Assembly: GCA_963836075.1 (NCBI GenBank)
Contig: CAWIIB010000009.1
Span: 3,452,850 to 3,516,849, forward strand
Direction of reading: 5' to 3'
DNA: 64,000 bases
Origin: an uncultured Acidobacteriota bacterium
GTDB lineage: Bacteria > Acidobacteriota > JAQAZP01
Shown: piece after piece, positions 41,771 through 53,522 of the stretch
Layout of the letters: every line of letters begins with the position of its first letter
Position numbering within the stretch: position 1 is the first letter of the stretch
Program-made: the position numbers and the translations under genes
The notes under the pieces: model-generated
What the model was told of the DNA's origin: nothing
What the model saw: the letters and a program-made list of their open reading frames with translations, nothing else
Databases searched by the model: none

Positions 41771-43313
41771 ACACGTCCTTGAGGTAGTAAAAGTCGCCGG
41801 TGGAGGTCAGGGTAAACCCCTTCAGGCCCCGGCGCAGGACCGCGGAGTTCTTCTTGTACCACAGGCTGATGTAGGGCAGGTCCCGGGCGATCAGGCGCTG
41901 GGCTTCGGCGTACAGGGGGTAGCGTTCCTCCTCCAGCGGCGAGCGCAGTCCGGCCTCCAGCAGCCGGTCCACTTCCGGGTTGCCGTATTTCCCGCGGTTC
42001 AGGCCGGCCGGGGGAGTCAGGGCGGAGTGGAACCGGGTGCGCAGGATGTCCGGGTCCAGCAGGCCGATGCCGGTCCAGTTGAGCGAGTAGATCTGGAAAA
42101 AGCCCTTGCGGATATCCTCGTAAAATGTGCCCCACTCCAGTTGCCGGATGTTCAGTTCGATCCCCACCTGCCGCAGATACTCTTTGAGAATCGCCGATTT
42201 TTGCCGCGAGACATCGCTGGTCGACCCCTTGAACTCCAGACTGAACCTCGGGGCCGGGCCGTCCGGGCCATCGGGGTCGGGGAAGCCGGCACGGTCCAGC
42301 AGCTCCATGGCGGCAGGGGGGTCGAAGGGCGGCCGGGGCAGGTCGGGCACCCAGGCCCAGGACATGGGCGGGATCAGCCCGGTGGCCGGGACGGAGGTTC
42401 CCCGGGCCCAGTCATTGACCATCTCGTCGATGTTGATCGCCATGGCGATGGCCCGGCGGACCCGGCGGTCGGAGAGCAGCGGGTCGGTGAGGTTGAAGCC
42501 GATGTAGGCATAGGTGCAGCCGGGGGTTTCCAGCACCTGGAAATCGGGGTTGCCGCGAAACTGCTGGAGAATGTCGGGGTTGAGGTCGTTGATTACCATC
42601 TGGACGCTGCCCTTGCGCAGCTCGAGCATGCGCACGGTGACCTGGGGCACGATCTTGAAGCGGATCACCTCCATCCTGGCCGGCCCGAGATAGTAGCGGT
42701 CATTCCGCTGAAACTGCACGAAGCGGTCCGGCCGGTGCTCGTCCAGCCGGTAGGGCCCGGTGCCCGGCAGATCCTCACCGGGGTCCCGGCCGCTCTCCGC
42801 CGGCACGATACCCACCGCGAGGTTGAAGAGCAGCGGGGCAAAGGGTTGGCCCAGATGGATCACCACGGTGAGCCGGTCCGGCGTCTCCACCCGTACCACG
42901 TGGCGGAAATCCTCCCTGCGGTAGGTGGGGAAGTCGGGGGAGAGGATGGTCTCCAGGGTCTGGCGGACGTCTTCCGAACCGAAGCTGCTCCCGTCGTGGA
43001 AGGTGACCCCGTCCCGCAGGTGAAAGATGTAGGTCAGGGGATCGGGAATCTCCCAGGACCGGGCCAGTGCCGGTTGGATGGACCCGTCCTCCCCCACCCG
43101 GATCAGGCCGTCGAAGAGCAGGTCGTTGACCCGTGAAGTGGCCTGGTCTCCGCCCCGCCGGGGGTCGATGGGGCCGGGACCGGCCTCCACCGCCACCACC
43201 AGGGGGGGCGGGCCGGTCTCCTCGGGGGAAGTCCCGCAGGACCAGCAGAATACCAGCGCGGCCAGCACCAGGCCCGCGGCAATCCTGCGTCGCGTATTGA
43301 GATCGATGGTCAT
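41745..43313 (-). CDS. ABC transporter substrate-binding lipoprotein (family 5, peptide/nickel)
   Basis: Lipobox CWSC, LARSW, LRDGVTFHDG, GTGPY and VRRAIAMAI. Confidence 0.9.
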   Translation of the reverse strand: MTIDLNTRRRIAAGLVLAALVFCWSCGTSPEETGPPPLVVAVEAGPGPIDPRRGGDQATSRVNDLLFDGLIRVGEDGSIQPALARSWEIPDPLTYIFHLRDGVTFHDGSSFGSEDVRQTLETILSPDFPTYRREDFRHVVRVETPDRLTVVIHLGQPFAPLLFNLAVGIVPAESGRDPGEDLPGTGPYRLDEHRPDRFVQFQRNDRYYLGPARMEVIRFKIVPQVTVRMLELRKGSVQMVINDLNPDILQQFRGNPDFQVLETPGCTYAYIGFNLTDPLLSDRRVRRAIAMAINIDEMVNDWARGTSVPATGLIPPMSWAWVPDLPRPPFDPPAAMELLDRAGFPDPDGPDGPAPRFSLEFKGSTSDVSRQKSAILKEYLRQVGIELNIRQLEWGTFYEDIRKGFFQIYSLNWTGIGLLDPDILRTRFHSALTPPAGLNRGKYGNPEVDRLLEAGLRSPLEEERYPLYAEAQRLIARDLPYISLWYKKNSAVLRRGLKGFTLTSTGDFYYLKDVYDGNSDTE

Positions 43314-43453
43314 CAGATTCCTTTCCCCGGGGCGGCCCTATTGTATGCCAAGGGAGGAGGACTGTCATTCCAGCCGCCGGAACGGAAGACCATGGTATAA
43401 TCGGCTGGAGTTTCCGTCATCCATCATCAATTCCGTTCCTCTATCCGGCCCTG

Positions 43454-44626
43454 ATGGACATGTTCCGCCAATATCGACTTCCGGTGCGCGCGGCGATGGC
43501 CGCACTGCTCCTGGCCTGCTGCAGTGCGGCCGTAGCGGCAGCGGCCACCGATGACGCGGCGCTCCTGCGTATCCGCGGGGAGATCGAGGACGTGGAGTCG
43601 AGAATCCGCGGCCTGGAGGGGGAGCGGGCCGGTTTCCTGCTGGAGGTGGAGCGTCTTGACCTGCAGCTGGAGCGGCAGCGCCGCCACCTGGACCGGCTGG
43701 AGCGGGAAGGGGTGCTGAACCGCCGGGAGCTGGAGCGGATCAGGGATGAGCAAGTCGTGCTGGAGGAGAAACTGGGCCGGGACCGGGAGGAGCTGGCCCG
43801 GCGCATGGCGGGCCTCTACCGCATGGGGCGGATGAACTACCTGCGCCTCTTTCTCTCCGCCGACTCCGCCGAGGTGATGCGCGAACGCCTGCGCTACCTC
43901 TCCTATCTCGCCGGCCGGGACAGCCGCCTGATCCAGTCCTGTGTCTCCATCCTCGACCTGCTGGAACAGCGGCGGGTCGAACTGCACGAGCACGAGTCCC
44001 GGCTGGAACAGATCACCGAGGAGGAGCAGCGCCGGCAATCGGCGACCCTCCGCCTGCGGCGGGACAAGTCGAGACTGCTGGGTCAGCTGGAGGCCCGGAT
44101 CGAGATCCACCAGCAGATCGCCGCGGACCTGGAGCAGTCCGCCGCGGCCCTGGAAGCCCTCGTCGGTTCGCTGGACGGCAACGAGGCCTCTGCGGCGGAC
44201 AGGGCCAACCTGCTGCCGGGGCTGGACAAGCACCGGGGGCTGCTCCCCTGGCCGGCCCAGGGGACCGTGGCCCGGCGGTTCGGCCGCCAGCGGCACCCCC
44301 GTTTCGGCACCACCACCATCAGCAACGGCATCCAGCTCGACATTCCCGAGGGGTCAGCCGCCACCGCGGTCTACTTCGGCACGGTGGTCTACAACGACTG
44401 GCTGCACGGCTACGGCAACCTGGTGATCGTCAGCCACGGAGGTGAGTCCTACTCGCTGTACGCGCACCTGATCTCCAGCACCGTGGCGCTGGGGGAGTGG
44501 CTGAACAAGGGGGATCTGCTGGGCTACAGCGGCGCCTCCGGCTCCCTCACCGGCCCGGCGCTCTATTTCGAACTGCGCATCGGCGGCGAGCCGGTGGACC
44601 CGCTCAGGTGGCTCGAACGGCGGTGA
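43454..44626 (+). CDS. envC: Murein hydrolase activator EnvC (coiled coil + M23)
   Basis: Signal peptide, long coiled coil, LPWP, GYGNLVIVSHG, LYFELR and DPLRWL. Confidence 0.85.
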   Translation: MDMFRQYRLPVRAAMAALLLACCSAAVAAAATDDAALLRIRGEIEDVESRIRGLEGERAGFLLEVERLDLQLERQRRHLDRLEREGVLNRRELERIRDEQVVLEEKLGRDREELARRMAGLYRMGRMNYLRLFLSADSAEVMRERLRYLSYLAGRDSRLIQSCVSILDLLEQRRVELHEHESRLEQITEEEQRRQSATLRLRRDKSRLLGQLEARIEIHQQIAADLEQSAAALEALVGSLDGNEASAADRANLLPGLDKHRGLLPWPAQGTVARRFGRQRHPRFGTTTISNGIQLDIPEGSAATAVYFGTVVYNDWLHGYGNLVIVSHGGESYSLYAHLISSTVALGEWLNKGDLLGYSGASGSLTGPALYFELRIGGEPVDPLRWLERR

Positions 44627-44749
44627 CAATGAGGTTCTCCTTGTGAGACGGCCGGGGCGGGAGTACAATAGAAAGGACGATTGGTTGTCCACCGGCCGGT
44701 GCCCCCGGGGTGCCGGCCTTTGCCCCGCGAGGGCTCGAGGTCGAGACAG

Positions 44750-45985
44750 ATGAGAAAGCTGGACCGGATTCTTTTTGGAACCATCGCCGCGGTAATGATC
44801 GCTTTCATTCTCGGCGGCGTGCTGGTGACCAAGGCTTCACCGCGAGGTGACATATACGAGTATCTGACCAATTTCCGGGAAGTGCTGCACCTGGTCAACT
44901 CCAGTTACGTGGACGAGGTGGAGATGGAGCGGCTGATGACCGGTGCGTTCAAGGGCATGATGGAATCCCTCGATTCCTCGTCGGTCTATCTCGACCCGGC
45001 CCAGCACACCCGTTACCGTCAGGGACTTTCCGTGTCCCCGGATAGACTGGGGCTCACCGTCTCCAAGCGCTACACCTACGGAGTGATCGTTTCCGTGGCC
45101 CCGGACAGCCCGGCGGCCCGGGGCGGCCTGCGGGCCGGTGACCTGATCCGCTCCATCGACGGCAAGGTCCTGCGGGAGATGAACCGGCTGGAAGTGGAGG
45201 AAGCCCTGCAGGGTGAGGTGGGCAGCGAGGTGCTGCTCTCGGTGATCTACCAGCAGAGCGCGGAGCGGGATGAAGTGACCCTGGTGCGCAGCCCGGTCCA
45301 GCCCTCGCCGCCGGAACTGGTGCGGCTGCCGGGCGGGATCGCTTATCTCCGGCTCCACGACCTGGTCCCCGAATCGGGTGCCCGCACGGCACGCCTGCTC
45401 TCCGAGGCCGCTGCTGCTCCGGAAGGCGTCCCCGGGGCGTTGATCATCGACCTGCGCAACAATCCGGGTCGGCTGCTGGACGAGGCGGTGAGCGTTGCCG
45501 ACCTCTTCCTTTCCACGGGTACCATCGTCACTCTGGAGGGGCAGGACGGCGTGGGTGAGCGCCGCGAAGCCGGCCCCGAGACCACGCGCTACCAGGGCCG
45601 CCTGGCGGTGCTGGTGGATCGGGGCACGGCCAACGGAGCCGAGGTGCTGGCCGCGGCGCTGCAGCAGAACCAGCGGGCCACGGTGGTGGGGGAGCAGTCG
45701 TTTGGCCAGGGGTCGGTGCAGCAGCTGATCCCGCTCTCCAACGGCGGCGCGCTGCTGCTGTCCGTGGCGCAGTTCTACTCTCCGGACGGCACGGCCATCC
45801 CCGAGGAGGGCGTGGTGCCTGACGAGGAACTGGAGCTGGACCCTGACCAGGGTGCGGCCGAACCACGGTCGGGGATCACGGCCGAGCAGCTGGCCGCGGA
45901 CCATTTTGTCCAGCGTGCGCTGGAACTGCTCCAGGCCGGGAACGAGGAACCGGGTGACCCGGCAGAGAGCGAAGCCGCCGCCTGA
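44750..45985 (+). CDS. S41/CtpA-family PDZ protease homologue with a degenerate active site
   Basis: PDZ motif SPAARGGLRAGD and IDLRNNPG. TANGAE and SFGQGSVQ replace TASASE and TFGKGSVQ. Confidence 0.85.
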   Translation: MRKLDRILFGTIAAVMIAFILGGVLVTKASPRGDIYEYLTNFREVLHLVNSSYVDEVEMERLMTGAFKGMMESLDSSSVYLDPAQHTRYRQGLSVSPDRLGLTVSKRYTYGVIVSVAPDSPAARGGLRAGDLIRSIDGKVLREMNRLEVEEALQGEVGSEVLLSVIYQQSAERDEVTLVRSPVQPSPPELVRLPGGIAYLRLHDLVPESGARTARLLSEAAAAPEGVPGALIIDLRNNPGRLLDEAVSVADLFLSTGTIVTLEGQDGVGERREAGPETTRYQGRLAVLVDRGTANGAEVLAAALQQNQRATVVGEQSFGQGSVQQLIPLSNGGALLLSVAQFYSPDGTAIPEEGVVPDEELELDPDQGAAEPRSGITAEQLAADHFVQRALELLQAGNEEPGDPAESEAAA

Positions 45986-46047
45986 ACCACAAGCACAGGT
46001 CTTTCGAACCCGCCGGTGTCCGCCGGCGGAAATCAGGCTTACCCCAT

Positions 46048-46998
46048 ATGACACGTCGGCCGTCCAAAAAGGTGCGAACCCGCAGAAGACGGGTCTATCT
46101 CGCACTGTGCGGCACGCTGGCGTCGGTCCTTGTTCTGCTTCTCCTGCTGGAGCAGTTCCGCTCGTCCCCTGATCTGCCCGATGTCCCGGTGGAGACAGTG
46201 GCCGAGAGCCCCGCCGTGCCGGAAGAGAAGCCCTCGGCACCGCAGGTGAAACCGCAGGAGAAGCGAAGCTCCGCCCCACCGAAGGATCCCGCCCCACCCG
46301 TGGCGCAGCCGCCGGCTGCCGCTCCGCCCGCGGCACGGGTGGCGATCATCATCGATGACGTGGGCTATGACAGTGATCTGGACGCGCTGGCCGTGGGGAT
46401 CCCCTTCCCGCTCACCTTTTCGGTTCTTCCCGGCCTGGACAGTTCGGCCGCATCGGCGGTCCGCCTGGGCGCCGCGGGATGCGAGATCATGCTCCACCTG
46501 CCGATGGAACCCGAAAACTATCCGGAAAAGAATCCGGGGCCCGGGGCCCTGTTCACCTTCATGACCCACGATGAAATCCGCAATACCATTCGCGAGGACA
46601 TCCTTTCGGTTCCGGGCGCCAGCGGCGTAAACAATCATATGGGGTCGCTGTTCACCTTGCGCGAGGATCTGCTGAAGGTGGTGCTCGAGGAACTGCGGGG
46701 CAAGGGCCTCTATTTCGTCGACTCGCGCACGGTCACCGGAACCGCCGCCCAGAAGGTGGCCCGCCGGCTGGGCGTGCCGACGGCCCGGCGAGCGGTCTTC
46801 CTCGACAACGTCGAGGATCGGGCGGCCATTGCGGCCCAGCTGGAGCAACTGTTCCAGGTGGCCGCCCGTGATCACACGGCCATCGGTATCGGTCACTACC
46901 GCGAGAACACGCTTCTGGTCCTCGCCGCCGAAGTGCCCCGGCTCAGGAAACAGTATCCCGGAGTGGAACTGGTCCATGCCTCCAGTGTGGTCAAATAA
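46048..46998 (+). CDS. Divergent polysaccharide deacetylase (YibQ family)
   Basis: Motifs AIIIDDVG, HLPMEP, NNHMGS, FVDSRT and AIGIGH. Confidence 0.9.
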   Translation: MTRRPSKKVRTRRRRVYLALCGTLASVLVLLLLLEQFRSSPDLPDVPVETVAESPAVPEEKPSAPQVKPQEKRSSAPPKDPAPPVAQPPAAAPPAARVAIIIDDVGYDSDLDALAVGIPFPLTFSVLPGLDSSAASAVRLGAAGCEIMLHLPMEPENYPEKNPGPGALFTFMTHDEIRNTIREDILSVPGASGVNNHMGSLFTLREDLLKVVLEELRGKGLYFVDSRTVTGTAAQKVARRLGVPTARRAVFLDNVEDRAAIAAQLEQLFQVAARDHTAIGIGHYRENTLLVLAAEVPRLRKQYPGVELVHASSVVK

Positions 46999-47060
46999 CT
47001 ACTCTTTGTGGAAATTGATTCCCTCATCCATGAATCGCTGCTCAAGGGTTTCGGGGCGGA

Positions 47061-47089
47061 TTGACTCTTCCAGACTCACATGGTATAAA
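47061..47089 (+). promoter_or_regulatory. sigma70 promoter upstream of the HK-RR operon
   Basis: TTGACT-N17-TATAAA with an extended TG. Confidence 0.65.
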
Positions 47090-47281
47090 CGACTTCAATC
47101 ATTGATCATCTAAAGCAAGTCGTTTAACGATAACAATAATATTGAGCTGACCATGTCAGCCACAGCCGGATCTGACTCTCTCCGGCCGGATTGCCGTAGC
47201 TATTCCCGTTCCGTTTCGGGACGTGATTGTGAAAATAATTACTCACCTTTTCTGTGACTGAGCCGAAATAATAGAAGAGAC

Positions 47282-47303
47282 AGGGAAAGTAGTTTCCCTT
47301 TTT
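47282..47303 (+). terminator. Terminator-like hairpin in the leader before the histidine kinase
   Basis: AGGGAAA-GTAG-TTTCCCT-TTTT. Confidence 0.45.
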
Positions 47304-47346
47304 ATCGCCAGTTAGTGGCGATCTTCAGTTCAGGGGGCAGGCAACA

Positions 47347-48279
47347 GTGGCTTCCACAGACAATCGCCAGGAATCCAACAGTCTGATCGGCAACCGGGGA
47401 AAGGCAGACAAGACTGCCAACGCCACCGCTGCTGCGATGGCTTTGGGCGGGGGGGACGATCCGCGAGAGCTGCGGACACAGGTTGAGCATCTGACCACCG
47501 AACTGGAAGATCTTCAGGCCAGCCACCATGCTCTGGCCGAGGCCAATGAGAAACTCAAGTCTCTCGACAAGCTGAAGTCCAATTTTCTTGCCGTGGCTTC
47601 CCACGAGCTACGGACCCCGATTTCCATAATCAAGGGCTACAACCGGATGCTGCTGGACGAGGCTTGTGGCCCGATCAGCGATGACCAGCGCCAGCTGCTC
47701 AACGAGTGCAAGGATGGTTGCGAGCGGATGATCAGAATGATCGATTCCATGCTCGACCTCTCCAAAATAGAATCGGGCCGGATGGAGATGAACCTGCGCT
47801 ATGGCGACCTGGGTCTGGTGGTCAGGGCGATAGTCCGGCAGATGGGCACCATCTCCGGACGACAGGATGTACGGCTGGAGAGCGATCTTGCTCCGGGCCT
47901 TCCCCAAACGCTCTTCGATCCCGAGAAGATTGATCAGGTGCTGATGAATCTGTTGGAGAACGCCATCAAATACACTCCGGCCGGCGGCAGAGTGAACGTT
48001 CGGGTCCAGAGCCGCGAAGGGAGCCCCGACGATTCATCCCTGCTGGAGGTGGTGGTTTCCGACACCGGAATGGGCATCCAGCCCGAGGACCAGGACAAGA
48101 TCTTCATGGCCTACCGGCAGGCCACCGATGCCAGCCGGTTGATGAAGGGCACCGGGCTGGGGCTGGCCATCGCCAAGAGGATCGTACAGGCTCACGGCGG
48201 GGATATCTGGGTCAGCAGCGAGGTGGGCCGTGGAAGCGATTTTCATTTTACACTGCCGGTGAAACGGGTGAGAGGATAG
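47347..48279 (+). CDS. Cytoplasmic histidine kinase without a sensor domain
   Basis: Motifs [22 protein letters not shown] and GTGLGL. Only a short coiled coil precedes HisKA. Confidence 0.9.
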   Translation: MASTDNRQESNSLIGNRGKADKTANATAAAMALGGGDDPRELRTQVEHLTTELEDLQASHHALAEANEKLKSLDKLKSNFLAVASHELRTPISIIKGYNRMLLDEACGPISDDQRQLLNECKDGCERMIRMIDSMLDLSKIESGRMEMNLRYGDLGLVVRAIVRQMGTISGRQDVRLESDLAPGLPQTLFDPEKIDQVLMNLLENAIKYTPAGGRVNVRVQSREGSPDDSSLLEVVVSDTGMGIQPEDQDKIFMAYRQATDASRLMKGTGLGLAIAKRIVQAHGGDIWVSSEVGRGSDFHFTLPVKRVRG

Positions 48280-48287
48280 CGGAGCCC

Positions 48288-49703
48288 ATGGCTGAAATTG
48301 ACAATGGAAACAGGGAAGTGGCCATCCTCGTGGTGGACGACGAGGAATCGATCCGCAAGTATCTTCAGCGTCTGCTCAGTCTGAAGGGCTATATCGTCCA
48401 CGAGGTGAACAGCGGGTCGGCCGCCATCGATTTCCTCAGGAACCGCGGGTTCCCCACGGTGATTTTCCTCGACATCATGATGCCGGAAATGGACGGCATG
48501 GAGACCCTTCGGGAAATCAAGGGGATGAACGAGAACGTCCCGGTGATCATGCTCACCTGTATGGGGCAGACGTCGACCATTGTGGAGGCGATGCAGCTGG
48601 GCGCCACCGACTATCTGGTCAAGACCTGCGAGCCTGAGGAACTGGACATTTCCATCACCAAGGCCCTGGAGAAAGGGAACCTGCTCAAGGAAGTGGAGGA
48701 TCTGAAGAAGCGTCTTACCGATGGCACCAAGGAGGAGACCTTCATCAGTGTCAGCGAGAAGATGGATCGGGTGAAGGAGATCGCCACCCAGGTGGCCGAC
48801 ACCGACGTCACCGTGCTGGTCCACGGCGAGAGCGGGGTGGGCAAGGAGGTGGTGGCCCGTTTTCTGCACCGCAAATCCCGGCGGAGCAAGAAACCGTTCA
48901 TCAAGGTCAACTGCGCGGCATTGCCCACCGAGCTGCTGGAAAGCGAGCTGTTCGGCTACGAGAAGGGGGCATTTACCGGAGCGGTGAAATTGAAGCCGGG
49001 CAAGTTCGAGTTCGCCAACAAGGGCACCATCTTCCTCGACGAGATCGGGGAGATGAGCCTGGCTATTCAGGCCAAGCTGCTGCAGGTGCTGCAGGACGGA
49101 GAGTTTTCCAGGCTTGGCGGCAAGGACGACGTGAACGTGGATGTCCGGGTGATCGCCGCCACCAACAAGGACCTGGAGCAGGAGGTTCGCGAGCGTCGCT
49201 TTCGTGAAGACCTGTTCTACCGTCTCAACGTGGTCAACATTCACATTCCTCCGGTCCGCGAGCGGCCGGAAGAGATTCCGGTTCTGGCCAAGTTCTTTTT
49301 CCAGAAATACAAGCGGAAATACAACAAGAATGTACCCGATCTCTCCGAGGACCTGCTGGGGCAGTTCAAATCCTACAAGTGGCAGGGCAACGTCCGGGAG
49401 CTGGAGAACATGATCAAGAGGGTTATCGTTCTCGGTGAAGAGAGTTTTGTCCTGCGCGAGATGGAGCAGACGACGGGTGATCAGGATGATGACGAGCTCC
49501 TCGACCTGGAGCAGATGGGCAACGATGATATCCTGCCGCTGAAACAGATCAGCAAGCGGGCCTCGATGAACGCCGAGAAAAAGGTGATCCGCAAGGTACT
49601 CAACCAGACCAACTGGAATCGAAAGAAGACGGCCAAGATTTTGCAGATCAGCTACAAGGCCCTGCTTTACAAAATCAAGGAGAGCCAGATCGAGAACCGC
49701 TGA
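48288..49703 (+). CDS. sigma54-dependent response regulator (NtrC family) 1
   Basis: Receiver (VDD, FLDIMMP), [22 protein letters not shown] and an HTH. Confidence 0.94.
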   Translation: MAEIDNGNREVAILVVDDEESIRKYLQRLLSLKGYIVHEVNSGSAAIDFLRNRGFPTVIFLDIMMPEMDGMETLREIKGMNENVPVIMLTCMGQTSTIVEAMQLGATDYLVKTCEPEELDISITKALEKGNLLKEVEDLKKRLTDGTKEETFISVSEKMDRVKEIATQVADTDVTVLVHGESGVGKEVVARFLHRKSRRSKKPFIKVNCAALPTELLESELFGYEKGAFTGAVKLKPGKFEFANKGTIFLDEIGEMSLAIQAKLLQVLQDGEFSRLGGKDDVNVDVRVIAATNKDLEQEVRERRFREDLFYRLNVVNIHIPPVRERPEEIPVLAKFFFQKYKRKYNKNVPDLSEDLLGQFKSYKWQGNVRELENMIKRVIVLGEESFVLREMEQTTGDQDDDELLDLEQMGNDDILPLKQISKRASMNAEKKVIRKVLNQTNWNRKKTAKILQISYKALLYKIKESQIENR

Positions 49704-50019
49704 GAACCTGACGACCAACCGGCATTCTCTCTCCGCCGGGTGAAATACTTTACACAGTTATACGAAATCTCTGTCCATCTCCCGGTGCGGGAGAACTCTG
49801 CTCTACCGGTTTGCCCCTCCGGTTTACGTATCCGGGGTGGTTCGTCGTCTCTGCTTTGTCCATGTATCCGGGGGCTTCCGTTCAGAAGTGGTGATCACCT
49901 GACGGCGGTAAATGTTTCGCTAACATACAGTAAATAAATGGAATAATGCGAATTTTGATGTATCTTCCCCCGGAGAGGGGGAAGAGAGCTGGAATCGCGG
50001 GCCGGACGGCTCGTGTTAG

Positions 50020-50035
50020 TGGCATTGATATTGCT
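50020..50035 (+). promoter_or_regulatory. sigma54 promoter of regulator 2
   Basis: TGGCATTGATATTGCT (GG-N10-GC). Confidence 0.8.
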
Positions 50036-50128
50036 TTCTTGTTTGACAGACTGAAATGGAAGGAGACCGTATCCGCGGTTTCAATACCGGGTTTCTGCCA
50101 TGTGCGCCAGGTCGGCCAGGAAAGATAA

Positions 50129-51518
50129 GGTGAAGATCCTCATCGTTGATGATGATGCCGCGTTCTGCCGCTATCTGCACAACATCCTTTCCCGATTCAA
50201 TCATTCCGTGCATATCGCTCGCAGCGGCGAGGAGGCATTGGAGTGCCTCGACGAGGTGAAGCCTGACCTGGCAGTCCTCGACCTGGTTCTTCCCGACATC
50301 AACGGTCTCGAAGTGCTGTCCCGGATCAGGCAGCGGTCAAACAAGATACCGGTGATCATGCTCACCGGTTACGGACAGACCAGCACCGTGGTGATGGCGA
50401 TGAAGCTGGGGGCCAAGGATTTTCTGACCAAACCCTTCTACCCGGCCGAACTGGAGGCCTCCATTGAGAAGGTGCTCAAGGGCGCCCAGGTGCAGACCAC
50501 CAGCCATGATCTCCCGCGGAAGTTTGGTCCGGAAAAGGAGAATTTCGACTTTATCTTTGGCAACAGCCAGAAGATGAAGGACGTCAAGTCGATCATCGAA
50601 CAGGTGGCGGATACCGACATCACCGTGCTCCTGCGCGGGGGGAGCGGAACCGGCAAGGATCTGGCTGCCCGGATGATCTACGCCATCTCCGGACGGCGCG
50701 ACCGCCCCTATGTCAAGGTCAACTGTGCCGCCCTGCCCGAGGAACTGCTGGAGAGCGAACTGTTCGGTTACGAGAAGGGGGCGTTCACCGGGGCCCAGCG
50801 GCGGAAACCGGGAAAGTTCGAGTTCGCCAACAGCGGTACGGTGCTGCTCGATGAAATCAGTGAGATGAAGCCGTCGTTGCAGGCCAAACTGCTGCAGGTG
50901 CTTCAGGACGGGCACTTTACCCCGTTGGGCGGGGCCGGGGAGATCAAGGTGGATGTGCGGATCATTGCCGCCACCAACCGCAACCTGGAACGCCGGGTGA
51001 AGGACGGCCGGTTTCGCGAAGACCTCTTCTACCGGCTCAACGTGGTCACCATTCACCTGCCGAACCTCTGCGAACGGCGCGAGGAGATCCCGCAACTGAT
51101 CGATTTCTTCCTCGACAAATATGCCAAGCAGTATGAGAAGCCTCCACGGAGCTTCCGTGACTCGACGCTCCGTTTTTTCACCCGCTACCACTGGCCGGGA
51201 AACGTTCGCGAGCTGGAGAACCTCTGCAAACGGTTTGTCATCCTGGACAACGAGTCGGCCATCTGTGCCGGGATGAAGATGCCGGCCGGTGATTCCCGGG
51301 GGGAAGGTCTGCAAGGTTCAGGGGGTGAGGACGAGATCACGCCGCTGAAGGAAGTGGGCAAGGAGGCGGCCCGGAATGCGGAAACGGAGCTGATCCGCCA
51401 CGTGCTGGACCGGACCCGCTGGAACCGGCGGGAAACGTCGCGGATCCTGCAGATCAGTTACAAGGCACTGCTCTACAAGATCAAGTCCAGCGGACTGGAC
51501 AAGACCAATCAGCCATGA
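50129..51518 (+). CDS. sigma54-dependent response regulator (NtrC family) 2
   Basis: Receiver (VDDD, VLDLVLP), GGSGTGKD, GAFTGA, WPGNVREL and an HTH. Confidence 0.93.
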
Positions 51519-51610
51519 ACAGGGAATCAACAACCGGCTGCCGTGAGGGTGCGGCAGCTCGAATCCTCAACGAGCTCCATCGCAGTATCAGCCGATAAGC
51601 GCAATCGACA

Positions 51611-52096
51611 ATGTTCATCAACGATACCACCAAAGCCCTCGCCGCGGACTCCTTCCACTATCTCTGCGACCTGGAGATCAAGAAGGCCCAGCGCTACCAG
51701 TATTTCATCTCGGTGCTCTTTATCCAGTTCGACGCGCCGGACGAGCCGCCCGAGGGCGCCCCGCGGATTGGCAACCCCACCCTCGAAACCCTGGGCAAGA
51801 TCCTGCGCGATGAGATTCGGGAGTGCGACCTGTTGGCCCGCCTGGGGGACAATCGTCTCTGCGTGCTCCTGCCGTTCACCGACGGGACCAGTTCCCTGGG
51901 CGTGGCCGAGCGTCTGCGCAGCCGGGTGGAGAATCACAGCTTCAGCGATGGGGAGGGCCAGCAGAAGACGGTGAGCGTCAGTGTGGCCTGCTACCCGACC
52001 AATGCCAGCGATTCCGCCTCGCTCCTCATCCGTGCTGACGAGACGCTGCTGCGCGTCCTCGAGGTGGGGGGCAACCGGGTGGCCAACGCCGAGTGA
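51611..52096 (+). CDS. Stand-alone degenerate GGDEF-domain protein
   Basis: EIKKAQRY, IRECDLLARLGDNRL, AERLR and TVSVSVACYP give the GGDEF fold. The A-site is degenerate. Confidence 0.8.
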   Translation: MFINDTTKALAADSFHYLCDLEIKKAQRYQYFISVLFIQFDAPDEPPEGAPRIGNPTLETLGKILRDEIRECDLLARLGDNRLCVLLPFTDGTSSLGVAERLRSRVENHSFSDGEGQQKTVSVSVACYPTNASDSASLLIRADETLLRVLEVGGNRVANAE

Positions 52097-52103
52097 CCCC
52101 CGA

Positions 52104-53507
<1,404 letters not shown>

Positions 53508-53522
53508 TTCTTCCTCTGCCGG

